DNA of 64,000 nucleotides, from assembly GCA_965215195.1 (NCBI GenBank), contig CBDCDC010000002.1, forward strand, positions 4,032,001 to 4,096,000. Reading direction: 5' to 3'. Positions 16,626 through 26,216 of this stretch are shown here, piece by piece. The translations under genes and the position numbers were made by a program. Each line of letters opens with the position of its first letter. Within the stretch, counting starts at the first letter, position 1. Source of the stretch: Candidatus Latescibacterota bacterium. Its GTDB lineage: Bacteria; Latescibacterota; UBA2968; UBA8231. The notes beneath the pieces are model-generated. The model worked only from the letters and a program-made list of their open reading frames with translations, was not told where the DNA came from and did no database searches.

Positions 16626-18308
16626 TCACTGTTCCTCTTGTACCAAGGTTTTCAGGTTCTCTTCGTGGATCTTGACTTGGGGCTCGTATTGGTGCCGCAG
16701 CTCGCTCACGAACCGGAAGAAGGCCGCATCGCGCTTCCGGCGCAGGACCATGGCCCGGGCTCGGGTCGCGACCTCGGCGAAGGGCTGGGGGCCGGCTCCG
16801 AAGGTTGATTCGACGACCCTGAACACGGAATAGTAGCGGTCTTCTGACGCCGCACCACCGGGGGGCACCTCCACTTCGATGGGACCCAGCAGGTCGCCCG
16901 GCCCGGCTTCCCCGGCGGCTTCAAACAGGGCCTCGTGCGCTTCTCTCTGATACCAATGGAGGTGGAATCGCCCGCTGTCTGGTATGGCCACGCGCCGCAG
17001 GGTATGCTGCTGGGCGAGGACCCGCAGGTTTTCACCGCGCTCAATCCGGTGCCGGAGCGCGACCGCTTCTTCGCGTGTCGCGAGCAAAATTTCGTCCAGC
17101 GTCAGGGCCTCTTGGGGGACGAAACTCTGCGGATTTTGGGCATAGAAGCGCCGCGCCTCGTCCTCGTCCACCTGCACCTCGCCCGTCACCTGCTTCCTGA
17201 TGACCGCCAGCAGGCGTTCCTGCTCTCTGGCTTGACGCCAAGCGACCATCTCCCGCTCGCGGTCGATTCCGGCATTGCGAGCGGCCTGCACAGCCAGCGC
17301 ACGGGGGACTAGGACGGACTCGGCAAACCAGCGTACCTGCTCTCGCACCTCGCCCGAGAACTCCCGGTAGTTCTCCCGGGCCGAGTCCACGAACTCTCCC
17401 ACCGTAATAGTGCCGCCATCGAATTCGTAGAGCACCTTGGTGCGCTCCGCCGCGGAAAACGCGCGTCCCTCGCTCTCCAGACGCACGGCGAGAAACTCGA
17501 TAGCGTCTTCTCGGGGACGCACGTCCAGAGCATCCCGCAGTTGCCGGCCGAGCTCCATGGATCGAAGGCCGGCCTTTTTCCGGTGGAGCTCGGTCACCAC
17601 TATACTCCGCACCCGTTCGAGTGAAACAGGTGCCTCGTCCATGACTTGGAACACGCCGTAGGTGCCGCCCGGCAGGGGTATGGGTTCGGAGATCTGACCC
17701 TTCGCGAGCGGAAAGACCTTTTCCTGCATGACGGGCAGGGGCATCTGGTCCTTGGTGGCGTACCCCATGAATCGGCCCCCCTGCTCGGCCGTCGCACGGT
17801 GGGTCGAGTGCTGCCGCGCCAACTCCCCGAAGTCGCTGCCGCCCTGCAACAGGCGCACGATCTCCTCGGCTTCCTCCTTGCTCTCGACCTCGATCTTGCC
17901 CCCCATGACCGCGCGATTCCGTCCAGTCTTCAGGTAGTGGTCGTGGATTTCCCGCTCTTCGAGCGCGATCTTCGCGTCCACTTCCCGGGCGAAGAATTCG
18001 TTCACCAGCCGCTCGGTCCATTCGCGCTCCAGCTTGCGGCGCATGTCGCGGTCGCGGTCCCAACCCCGCACTGCCGCTTCCCGAATGAGGATCTCCTTGT
18101 CGATTAGAGCCTGCAGATGCTGCCGTCGCCCTTCGATGCCCGCCTCCTTGGCCCTCAGGCTTTCGCCTAGGCGCTCCTCAAAGCGGCGTAGCTGGGCGGC
18201 GTGAATGCGGGTGTCTCCCACCTCGGCCAGCACCGGGCCATGCGCGTCTTCCCCGCAGCCCGCTAGGACGATGCCCAGAGCCAAGGCCAGTGGTGCTGCC
18301 TTTATCAT
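16626..18308 (-). CDS. Parvulin-type peptidyl-prolyl isomerase lipoprotein (two PpiC domains)
   Basis: Lipobox LAGC; F.ELARQHS....A..GG and GQISEPI motifs, repeated degenerately. Confidence 0.8.
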   Translation of the reverse strand: MIKAAPLALALGIVLAGCGEDAHGPVLAEVGDTRIHAAQLRRFEERLGESLRAKEAGIEGRRQHLQALIDKEILIREAAVRGWDRDRDMRRKLEREWTERLVNEFFAREVDAKIALEEREIHDHYLKTGRNRAVMGGKIEVESKEEAEEIVRLLQGGSDFGELARQHSTHRATAEQGGRFMGYATKDQMPLPVMQEKVFPLAKGQISEPIPLPGGTYGVFQVMDEAPVSLERVRSIVVTELHRKKAGLRSMELGRQLRDALDVRPREDAIEFLAVRLESEGRAFSAAERTKVLYEFDGGTITVGEFVDSARENYREFSGEVREQVRWFAESVLVPRALAVQAARNAGIDREREMVAWRQAREQERLLAVIRKQVTGEVQVDEDEARRFYAQNPQSFVPQEALTLDEILLATREEAVALRHRIERGENLRVLAQQHTLRRVAIPDSGRFHLHWYQREAHEALFEAAGEAGPGDLLGPIEVEVPPGGAASEDRYYSVFRVVESTFGAGPQPFAEVATRARAMVLRRKRDAAFFRFVSELRHQYEPQVKIHEENLKTLVQEEQ

Positions 18309-21190
18309 TCTCTCAATCCGGCGTATACAGTGAGATAGGACAGGCCGCTCGTCTCGGTCTGATCTTGGCGGTCGAACGAGTCGATCTTCCGGCGGTCCAC
18401 CCGTATTCCAAGCGTCGACATAAGCCGGTATCCCACATAGCTGGTGGAATTGGTTAGCTGTAGAGCGAGGGATAGCTCATTGAAATCGCCGGTGGGATCG
18501 CCCCGGTTCAGGCCGGCCACCGGGTCGTCTGCGAACGCCACCTCCTGCTGCGCGAAGTCGCGGAAGAGGACCTGCTCTAGGCCGACGATCACCGTGCTGT
18601 GGCTCAGCAGCGGGATGTCCAGCCGCAGGGAGGCCAAGCCGGCCCACTCTTTGCGCTCGAATACCCGGTCGTTCAGGAGCCACTCCGCGTTAAACGGCGT
18701 GTCGTCGATGAACAGCTCGTGCTTGATGCGCGGACGGAGTTGAATTCCGTTGCTGAGGCGATAAAGCCAATCTAGCTTGTTGATCAAGCCGAGCCGCCGG
18801 GTGTGCTGGGAGATTTTCCGGCCCTTCCGGTCCACGGTGAGTTTCTCCCGCTGCCGCAGCACCTCATAGATCAGCTTATTCGCGGAGTTGATGCCGGCCT
18901 GGCCTTGGCGCTCAAAGGCGAGGGATAGCTTGTTGACCCACGTATTCGGTAGGCCCAGCGGATCCGGGATCGGGGTCATGCCCTCGTCCCTGAACCTTCC
19001 ATGCAGCCATTGGAAGAGGTCGTCGGCGATGTCGTCCTCAACTCGCTTCAACAGGTTGTAAACAGTCAGCTCGCCCACGCGGGGGTAGCTGCGCTCGAAC
19101 GCGAAAAGGGCATAGCTGCTCACGTTGGTCTCGCCGGTTGAGGGACGGCGCACCCGCTGGTGGCCCGCGGTGACCTTGGTGCCCGGCGCGATCCACGCAC
19201 CGCCGTACGCGTTGAATCCGCGGCGGTCGCGCTTATACGGGTAGTCAGGTTCGTCGTCGTTTTCAAAACGGTCCCCCCAGCCGTTGTTGTTCATGTCAAT
19301 GCCGAAGAGATACTCGGGCCGGTCCACGCCGTAGCGCAGGAAAGGCTCGGCGTAGTCGGGCACATTGTTGGGCCGCACTCGAGTGTTGTTCTGGTTGAAA
19401 TCGGAGATGAAATCGTTGTTCTCGTCGAGGCCGGGAAAAACCGCCTCGTCCGCGTACCCCTCAAACACGCGAATGCTGTTGCGTTCCTCGGGTGTCCTGC
19501 CGTCGTCGAATATGCGCTGCTGGTCGTTCTTGCGGTCGTTGTCGTCGTTGTCGTCGACGAAGTCGTAGAGGTAGCGCGAATGGGCCTGCGGCGTGTCCGC
19601 GTAGTTGACCCGACCCGCCGAATCCAAAAACCGCATGGTGGTCGAGTACTGGGCGTCCATGCCGAAGGCCTCGCCGAAGAGGTAGTACGGGTGGAAATCC
19701 TTGGCCACGTTGACCATCCACCCTTCGGCCGAGGGATTGCCCCGAATGCCCGCTGAAGTGGTGTGGGTGGTCCGGCTTACATCCGGGTACTTGCGGTACT
19801 GATGGTTCACATTGAACTCGCCGTAGAGCCTGAACCCGGCCAAATTGTCGGCCTCCACCGTAAAGCCGAGGACCTGGGTGGCGGTGGGCAGTCCGTAGTC
19901 AAAGACCACGGCACCAAGGTTGGAATGGTCCTGCACATTCCCCGGTGCCCGCACCATGGTCCTGAACACCGGGCGCGGTTCGAAGAGGGCGTTGTCGGTC
20001 TGCCGGTCGGAAGTGACTTCCACCTTGTAGTCGTTGCTCAGGACCAGCCGGAAGCGGACTTTGCTGATGTTGTTGACCGCATCGGCTAGGGACACCACCG
20101 TTTCCAAGTCGTCGAGGACCGCCGGGTCCGGATCCGCCAGCACGTAGTCCAGCCGGATCCGCCCCAGTTCGCCGCTGCCTTCGGCTATCAGGGCGCCATC
20201 CCGGGGGATGCCTCCCGAAATCCTAGGATGGAAGCCGATCTGGCTGCCCACCAGCACCGTGTCCAGCTCGCCTATCCGGGTCGTAATCTCGATCTCGTGG
20301 GCGAAGAGGGCGGGACCGCGCTCGCCAGCTTCCGGCGAATCGTCGGTAATCCGCACAGTGATCCGGTTGATGCGCGCGCCCGACTGGTGGGAGCTTAGCC
20401 TGCCGGTCCATGGACTCCCGTCGAAGGGCACGGTCGAGCTTCGCCCGTTGTGCGCGTTCACGAAGGTGCCGCCGATGCGCACAAAGTCGGCCAAATTCCC
20501 GACGGCTCGGAGAGCGACGAAATTGGTGAACTCGTCGATAAAACTGCGCGCTGGCAAAAACAGCGGGACATTGATTCTGGACATGAGGGCTGTGGCCGAG
20601 CCGCGATCCGACATATAGTCGAATTGGACCCCGTTGAAGGCCGTTTTGCGAAAGGTCATGGGCGTCAAGGTCGTGCCGATCTCGTCGCCGATGCTCACGC
20701 GGAAGTGGTGTTGCCCCTTGGCGTCCGCAGAGACCACGAGGGCGCCGAAAAGGTCTTTGTACCGTTCGGTCTTGTGGAGCAGGTTCCCCTCAGAGGTCCG
20801 AGGCTGGCTCTGCTGCCAATCGTAGATCAGCCAACCTCGGGTTAGGAGCCTGCCGTAGAGATCGTAGTGATTGTCGCCCTCCTGATCGATGGCCAGATAG
20901 CGCAGGTAGCGCTCGCGGGCGTAGTTGGTCCCCGCCTCCCACCGCCAGCGGTAGTGGTGGGCGACCTCTGGGGGCATGTACCATTTCTTGAGAGACGGAA
21001 CCAAGGCGTCCGGGCGCAGGCTGGGAGCCGCCGAGTAGTAGATCGCCCGGCCGCTCTCGCGGATTCCCAAGCGATTCCCGTAGTCCGACTGGGGCGCACC
21101 GGACTCGACGTCCAACGCGACCGCGAGCCCGACGAGGATGAGGATTCGGGATCCGGGCCGCCCGGTGTGCGCTTGGGGGGACTTGTTCAT
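18305..21190 (-). CDS. Large exported hypothetical protein (paralog B), D/N-rich Ca-binding-like motifs, possible beta-barrel C-terminus
   Basis: ATG at 21190 overlaps the upstream TGA; extensive motif identity with 21190-23979. Confidence 0.75.
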   Translation of the reverse strand: MNKSPQAHTGRPGSRILILVGLAVALDVESGAPQSDYGNRLGIRESGRAIYYSAAPSLRPDALVPSLKKWYMPPEVAHHYRWRWEAGTNYARERYLRYLAIDQEGDNHYDLYGRLLTRGWLIYDWQQSQPRTSEGNLLHKTERYKDLFGALVVSADAKGQHHFRVSIGDEIGTTLTPMTFRKTAFNGVQFDYMSDRGSATALMSRINVPLFLPARSFIDEFTNFVALRAVGNLADFVRIGGTFVNAHNGRSSTVPFDGSPWTGRLSSHQSGARINRITVRITDDSPEAGERGPALFAHEIEITTRIGELDTVLVGSQIGFHPRISGGIPRDGALIAEGSGELGRIRLDYVLADPDPAVLDDLETVVSLADAVNNISKVRFRLVLSNDYKVEVTSDRQTDNALFEPRPVFRTMVRAPGNVQDHSNLGAVVFDYGLPTATQVLGFTVEADNLAGFRLYGEFNVNHQYRKYPDVSRTTHTTSAGIRGNPSAEGWMVNVAKDFHPYYLFGEAFGMDAQYSTTMRFLDSAGRVNYADTPQAHSRYLYDFVDDNDDNDRKNDQQRIFDDGRTPEERNSIRVFEGYADEAVFPGLDENNDFISDFNQNNTRVRPNNVPDYAEPFLRYGVDRPEYLFGIDMNNNGWGDRFENDDEPDYPYKRDRRGFNAYGGAWIAPGTKVTAGHQRVRRPSTGETNVSSYALFAFERSYPRVGELTVYNLLKRVEDDIADDLFQWLHGRFRDEGMTPIPDPLGLPNTWVNKLSLAFERQGQAGINSANKLIYEVLRQREKLTVDRKGRKISQHTRRLGLINKLDWLYRLSNGIQLRPRIKHELFIDDTPFNAEWLLNDRVFERKEWAGLASLRLDIPLLSHSTVIVGLEQVLFRDFAQQEVAFADDPVAGLNRGDPTGDFNELSLALQLTNSTSYVGYRLMSTLGIRVDRRKIDSFDRQDQTETSGLSYLTVYAGLRE

Positions 21191-23979
21191 CACAGCCCAG
21201 CATATACGGTTATGAAGGTGGTGCTCAATTCGCGGCCCCGGTCTTCCTTCTCCGACCTTCCTTGGTCGCCGGCGGCGATGAACTCGTCCCAAGCCCGGGT
21301 GTAAATAATGCCAAACTGGGTGGTCAGGGTATAGCCCTGGTATTCCCGGACGTTGGACCACTGGGCGGCCAGCACCAAGCTGCGGGAGTCGCCCGTGGCC
21401 CCCACCCGGTTGGCGTCGAGGGCCTCCTGCTCGTCTAGCATCAGCTCCACAACTCGATGGTATTCCAGCCCGGCCTCGAGAGACGACGCGCTCAGCATGG
21501 GATGTCGCAGCAGCAGGGTGCCCGTTCCCGTCCACTCTTGGCGCTCGTCGCCCCCTAGGATGAAAGGTGCTTGGTTCAGGTACTCGCTCTTGATCTTGGG
21601 TTGGACCTCGAGACCGCCGACGCGGTAGGTGTAATCCGCTTTGTTGATGAGCCCGAAGAAGTGGGTGCGTTTCTCGAGGATAGGGCCGACGCCCCGTGCG
21701 TAGGCGTCTCCCTGCTGAGCATACAGGTCGTACTTGATTTTGGTACGCGTTTTCAACTCGCTCACCGGGCGATAATCCAACTCCAGGTAGGTCGAGTTTA
21801 CCCAGGTGTCGCGGGCCGGGAGCAGGTCCTCGATGTTGGCGAGGTTGCCAGTGGCGAGACCGAGGTACGGAGTCATCTCCCGGCGGTCGTCGGGTATGGT
21901 GTCCTTGGTCCGCTTGAGCATGTTGTAGACCCGAACCGCGCCGAATCGGGGATAGTCGTGCGCAAAGGTGACCAGCCCGTAGGTCGTGTGGTTTTTGCGG
22001 GCAGCAGACAACGAGTTGACCCGCAGAAGCCCCAGCGTGGCCCTGATGTCGGGCGTTACAAAAGCGCCACCGTACACGTTGTACCCCTGCTGGTCTGTTT
22101 TGTAGGGATAGTCGGCCAGATCGTCGTTCTCGAAGCGGTCCACCCAGTTGTTGTTGTTTAGGTCAATGCCGAAGAGGAACTCGGGCCGGTCTGAATAGTA
22201 GCGAAAGAAGGGCTCCTCATAGTCGGGGATGCGATTCGATAGAATGACGCTGTCGTTCTGATTGAAGTCCGACACAAAGTCGTTGTTCTCGTCCCAGCCA
22301 GGGAACACATTGGCATCACCGGAGCCCTGCTCGAATCGGGCCCAGTCGGAAATCCGGTCTTGGTCGTCGTTGTCTTCGACGAACTCGTAGAGGTGTCGGG
22401 TCGAATGGTCGTAGAGGATGTCCCCTTCGCTGTTTACGAGGTACGCCGCGGTGGAGTAGTCGGGGTCTAGGCGGAAGGCCTCTGCGAAGGCGAAGAACGG
22501 ATAGGCCACCTTCGACACATTGACCATCCACGCTTCTGCCTCCTTGGAATAGCTGGACAGAGCGCGGCCTGCTTGCGCTAAGCTGGGGCTGGGGAACTGG
22601 TGGTAGGACCGGCTGATGGCCAGTTCGCCGTAGGCATCAAATCCCATCACCTCCTTGACGTCTACGGTGAATCCGTAGACCATGTTCGCCGTAGGCAAGC
22701 CGTATTCGAAGACGAGCCGGGTCTGGTTGGAGTTGTCCGGCACATTGCCTGCGGCCCGGGCCACTTCGAAGAGCGCCGGCGCGCGCTCGTCGATATCTTC
22801 GCCGCTGAGCGGCAGGTGGGGCATGGGGCGCAATCCGGTCTGGCGATCGGACCATATCTGGATGCGGTAGTCGTTGGCCACCACCAGATCGAAGGTGATC
22901 TTCGCGATGGTATTCGGCCGCGGCCCAGTGTAGGCGATGTCGGTGAAGTCGTAACTGATTACGATCTTCTCGTCCCCGTCCGCACTCTGGAAGCCCTCGT
23001 GGTGGAATCCGCCGCTGACCACGGGCCACGCGGCCGGATCGGTCACCATTGCCCGCTGGCGGATATCCTCCCGCCGCCCAGTGGCCGGGTCCTCCGTGGT
23101 TATGATGATCTCGTGCGAGAACAGGGCCGCGCCGGCCACGCCATCGTCCGGTGAATCGTCGCTCAGAACAAGGGCTAGGCCACGCACCGGGACCGCCCCT
23201 TGGTTGGCAGTTAGTGTGCCTTTGAGCGGGTTCCGCTCGAAGGCGTCCTCGAAGGTTGTGGAGTTGTGGGCGTTGACCATAGTCGCCCCTACTTCCACGA
23301 AGTCCCCAATCTGGGCGACGACCCGCCCGCCCATCAGGTTGGTGCCATTAGTCACTGTCACGGGTGCGTTCTTGGGCGTGGTACTGGCGATCGGAAAGCT
23401 GATCCGGGAAAACAGCATTGAGCCGCGGTACTTGTCCGAGGCAAAGTCCATCTGTATGCCGTTGAAATTGGGCTTGGAGAAGGTGAGCGGGGTCAACGCC
23501 GTCCTGATCTGATTTCCGGCCGTTATGGCATAGTGAAACTGGCCCTTGGAATCCGAGCTCACGAGGACGCTGCTGAACCAGCTAGAGAACCTCGGATCCT
23601 TGTAGAGGGAGGAACCGAACTGGCCGGGCTGACTCTGGTTCCAGTCGTAGACCAGCCACCCCCGGGTCAAGTAGTTGCCGTAGAGATCGTAGAAGGGGTC
23701 CCCCTCGCGGTCGGTGCCTACGTAGCGCTGGTACTGTTCGCGGGCATAGTTGGAATACTCCCACTGCTGCCAGCCGTACAGCTCGTACAGCTCCTGTGGC
23801 ACGTACCATTTCTTGAGGGCTGGATCCAAGGCGTCGTACAGGACCCCAGGTCCCTTGGGTTCATAGGTTATATCCCTCCCTCGCCGCTCGGAGGATTGAC
23901 CGCACACCTCGGATGCCTGCATCGTGGCGGTGAGCACGAACGCGCCCAGCACTCTCGCCGCCTTGCCGGTCGTCAACAT
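21190..23979 (-). CDS. Large exported hypothetical protein (paralog A)
   Basis: Signal peptide; LKKWY, LTRGWL.YDW, DENNDF.SDFNQN and GID.NNN.W.DRFENDD motifs; ends TVYAGL. Confidence 0.75.
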   Translation of the reverse strand: MLTTGKAARVLGAFVLTATMQASEVCGQSSERRGRDITYEPKGPGVLYDALDPALKKWYVPQELYELYGWQQWEYSNYAREQYQRYVGTDREGDPFYDLYGNYLTRGWLVYDWNQSQPGQFGSSLYKDPRFSSWFSSVLVSSDSKGQFHYAITAGNQIRTALTPLTFSKPNFNGIQMDFASDKYRGSMLFSRISFPIASTTPKNAPVTVTNGTNLMGGRVVAQIGDFVEVGATMVNAHNSTTFEDAFERNPLKGTLTANQGAVPVRGLALVLSDDSPDDGVAGAALFSHEIIITTEDPATGRREDIRQRAMVTDPAAWPVVSGGFHHEGFQSADGDEKIVISYDFTDIAYTGPRPNTIAKITFDLVVANDYRIQIWSDRQTGLRPMPHLPLSGEDIDERAPALFEVARAAGNVPDNSNQTRLVFEYGLPTANMVYGFTVDVKEVMGFDAYGELAISRSYHQFPSPSLAQAGRALSSYSKEAEAWMVNVSKVAYPFFAFAEAFRLDPDYSTAAYLVNSEGDILYDHSTRHLYEFVEDNDDQDRISDWARFEQGSGDANVFPGWDENNDFVSDFNQNDSVILSNRIPDYEEPFFRYYSDRPEFLFGIDLNNNNWVDRFENDDLADYPYKTDQQGYNVYGGAFVTPDIRATLGLLRVNSLSAARKNHTTYGLVTFAHDYPRFGAVRVYNMLKRTKDTIPDDRREMTPYLGLATGNLANIEDLLPARDTWVNSTYLELDYRPVSELKTRTKIKYDLYAQQGDAYARGVGPILEKRTHFFGLINKADYTYRVGGLEVQPKIKSEYLNQAPFILGGDERQEWTGTGTLLLRHPMLSASSLEAGLEYHRVVELMLDEQEALDANRVGATGDSRSLVLAAQWSNVREYQGYTLTTQFGIIYTRAWDEFIAAGDQGRSEKEDRGRELSTTFITVYAGL

Positions 23980-24016
23980 GGAGAGGCCCTCTCTCGGTGA
24001 AATCGCCAAACCAGTT

Positions 24017-26200
24017 TCAGTATATCACTTCGACCACGGTGGCGGCCGTCTCGGCACTGGCCGCGCTGTGTACCTCTACGTGCGCCAGATAGATCCCAGG
24101 CGGCACGAGCTCGCCACTGCCGTTGGTTCCATCCCATGGAATCGACCAGTGACCGCCTCCCTGCTCGCCGGAGAAGAGGCGGCGAACGAGGTGGCCGGCC
24201 AGATCGAGCACCCTCACCTCCACGGGCACGGGACCGATCACGCGGGACAGGTCGTAGGAGATACGGGTCTGGTCGTTGATCCGGTCGCCGTTGGGGCTGA
24301 GGGGCCGCGGTACGGCCCGGGTATTGATCAGGACGTGGCCGCCCGCAAGGGGCACGTCCACCGACAGCACCCGCGGGTCTGCCGTTCCCAGCGGAGGAAA
24401 GGGGGCGTCCTCGGGGCCGAGGTGGGCCGCGTTTCCGGCGAGGATCTTCTGACCGGTGATCCCGGTTTTGGTGTTGCCGGCCCACCCGGTAAAGGTCGTC
24501 CCGTATTTGAGGACGCGGCAGCGAAACCGGATCCTCAGGACGGCGGCCTCGTCGGCCTCTAGGTCGCTATCCGTTATGACCGGGAAGCGCACTCGGAACC
24601 GCCGTTCCTCCACCGCCTCGATGCCGAAGTCGGCGGCCGGATCGGTGGGCAGCACCGACGAGCTCAGATCCCAACCGGAGAAATCCGCCGCCTCGGTGCG
24701 GCCGTCGTGGAAGCGGACCTGGACCGAGTCGATCGCTTCGACCCGGACCGGCGTGGCGATCTCGAAGGTGTCGAAGCCGCTGTCTCGGCCCGGTCGTATC
24801 CGGGTTGGCATGACCGCGTAGGTGAAGGTTGCCGGAACGGCCAGCTCAGCCTGACGAGGGTAGATCTCTCCGACGATCCGCTCGGCCGCCGGCGGGAACA
24901 CCGTGAAGGATAGCTGCCCAACCCCGGTCGCTGCTTCGAGGTCCCGGCTCACCAGCTCGACCCGGACCTGAAAATAGCGCCGTGGGCCCGGAGTGGTGAC
25001 GACCGCCCCGAGCTGCTCGTCAGCGATGTTCTCGACCGCGATGCCGCTGGTGCCCTCTTGCCCATAGGGCGCCGACCACGGCGTCCAGGCGTCTGGATCG
25101 TCCCGGATCTCACCCCGTGGCCTCAGGCCGCGATAGTCCTCCAAGCTCAGAGCTACGCGGTTTTTCTCTGCCAGCGGCAGCGCCCGGTAGGCTCGTAGCG
25201 CATCGAGCGGCTCCAGATCATCCAAGGCGATCTGCTCTCCCGCGGCCGTGGTGGCGACCGCGCCCTGCTGCCAAGGGAGATTCACCGAACCACCGGGACC
25301 CGGGCGGGTGAATTCCAGCGGCGTATCGTCGTGCCCGGCGCGCGTCGCAATGCGGGCCTGCGCCATCCCTTTGGGACCCAGGCTCTCCTCAATCCATCGG
25401 ATCTTGCCCCACACGCCCCAGTTGGAACCCAGATCGTAAACATTGGAGATGTACTGGGCCTCGGGCACGAACCCCGTCCCGAATACCCGAAACTCGGCGA
25501 TTTCAAAGCCGATGGAGGTCTGCGACCTCAGTCGCAGGAAGCGAAGGTACTGGGGGGGAATCCGCAGGTCGACCACGGGCTGATCGTTCTGCAACTCCAG
25601 CTTGAAGCTGGTCATCACCGGCCGGCCGGACTCGTCTCGGGCATTCTCGCTGCCGTCGTTGACCAAAAGCTCGTACGCGCGCAGATAGTCGTTCTGGAAA
25701 GGAAAGTCGGGGGCCGCGAAATTTGGGGCGTTGCGCGGAAAGAACTGGATCCGGTTCACCCCGAAGCGCGCGCCCAAGTCAAAGTCGAGCATGGCCCCGA
25801 AGGCGAGGACCTGTGGCCCCTCCGCCTCGCTCTTGCGGGTAAAAGCCGTCTCGAGATCGCCGTCCACCATCAGGAGCAGGTCCTCGGCGATGCCGAGCGT
25901 CAAGAGGTTCGGCGAAGTCAGCGTGGCACCGGCCGCGATATTCTTGGTGGAGTCGGCTCTCTGGGGGAAGAGCCAACCCGGCTTTCCGGGAAAGTCGAAG
26001 TCCACCACATCGCCCGGGGCGTTGGTAATCGCGGCCTCGTCGACGCTGATCTGCACCGCGGCCGGGATCGCTCCACCACCGCCGCTCCAAGGTTGGCCAC
26101 TGGCGCCGCCCAACACCCGGCTTTCAGCAGCCAGATTCTGGGTCGCTAGGCAAAAGGTCCCCAGCATGCCCAAGCTGGTTCTGATCCACTGCATTTTCAC
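24017..26200 (-). CDS. Secreted protein with discoidin-like region and C-terminal FlgD-Ig/CHU_C-like domain
   Basis: Signal peptide; FDLG..F.V.R; SPNGDRIND...WDG...LVPPGIY. Confidence 0.75.
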   Translation of the reverse strand: MKMQWIRTSLGMLGTFCLATQNLAAESRVLGGASGQPWSGGGGAIPAAVQISVDEAAITNAPGDVVDFDFPGKPGWLFPQRADSTKNIAAGATLTSPNLLTLGIAEDLLLMVDGDLETAFTRKSEAEGPQVLAFGAMLDFDLGARFGVNRIQFFPRNAPNFAAPDFPFQNDYLRAYELLVNDGSENARDESGRPVMTSFKLELQNDQPVVDLRIPPQYLRFLRLRSQTSIGFEIAEFRVFGTGFVPEAQYISNVYDLGSNWGVWGKIRWIEESLGPKGMAQARIATRAGHDDTPLEFTRPGPGGSVNLPWQQGAVATTAAGEQIALDDLEPLDALRAYRALPLAEKNRVALSLEDYRGLRPRGEIRDDPDAWTPWSAPYGQEGTSGIAVENIADEQLGAVVTTPGPRRYFQVRVELVSRDLEAATGVGQLSFTVFPPAAERIVGEIYPRQAELAVPATFTYAVMPTRIRPGRDSGFDTFEIATPVRVEAIDSVQVRFHDGRTEAADFSGWDLSSSVLPTDPAADFGIEAVEERRFRVRFPVITDSDLEADEAAVLRIRFRCRVLKYGTTFTGWAGNTKTGITGQKILAGNAAHLGPEDAPFPPLGTADPRVLSVDVPLAGGHVLINTRAVPRPLSPNGDRINDQTRISYDLSRVIGPVPVEVRVLDLAGHLVRRLFSGEQGGGHWSIPWDGTNGSGELVPPGIYLAHVEVHSAASAETAATVVEVIY

Positions 26201-26216
26201 TCGATAGACCCTAACA

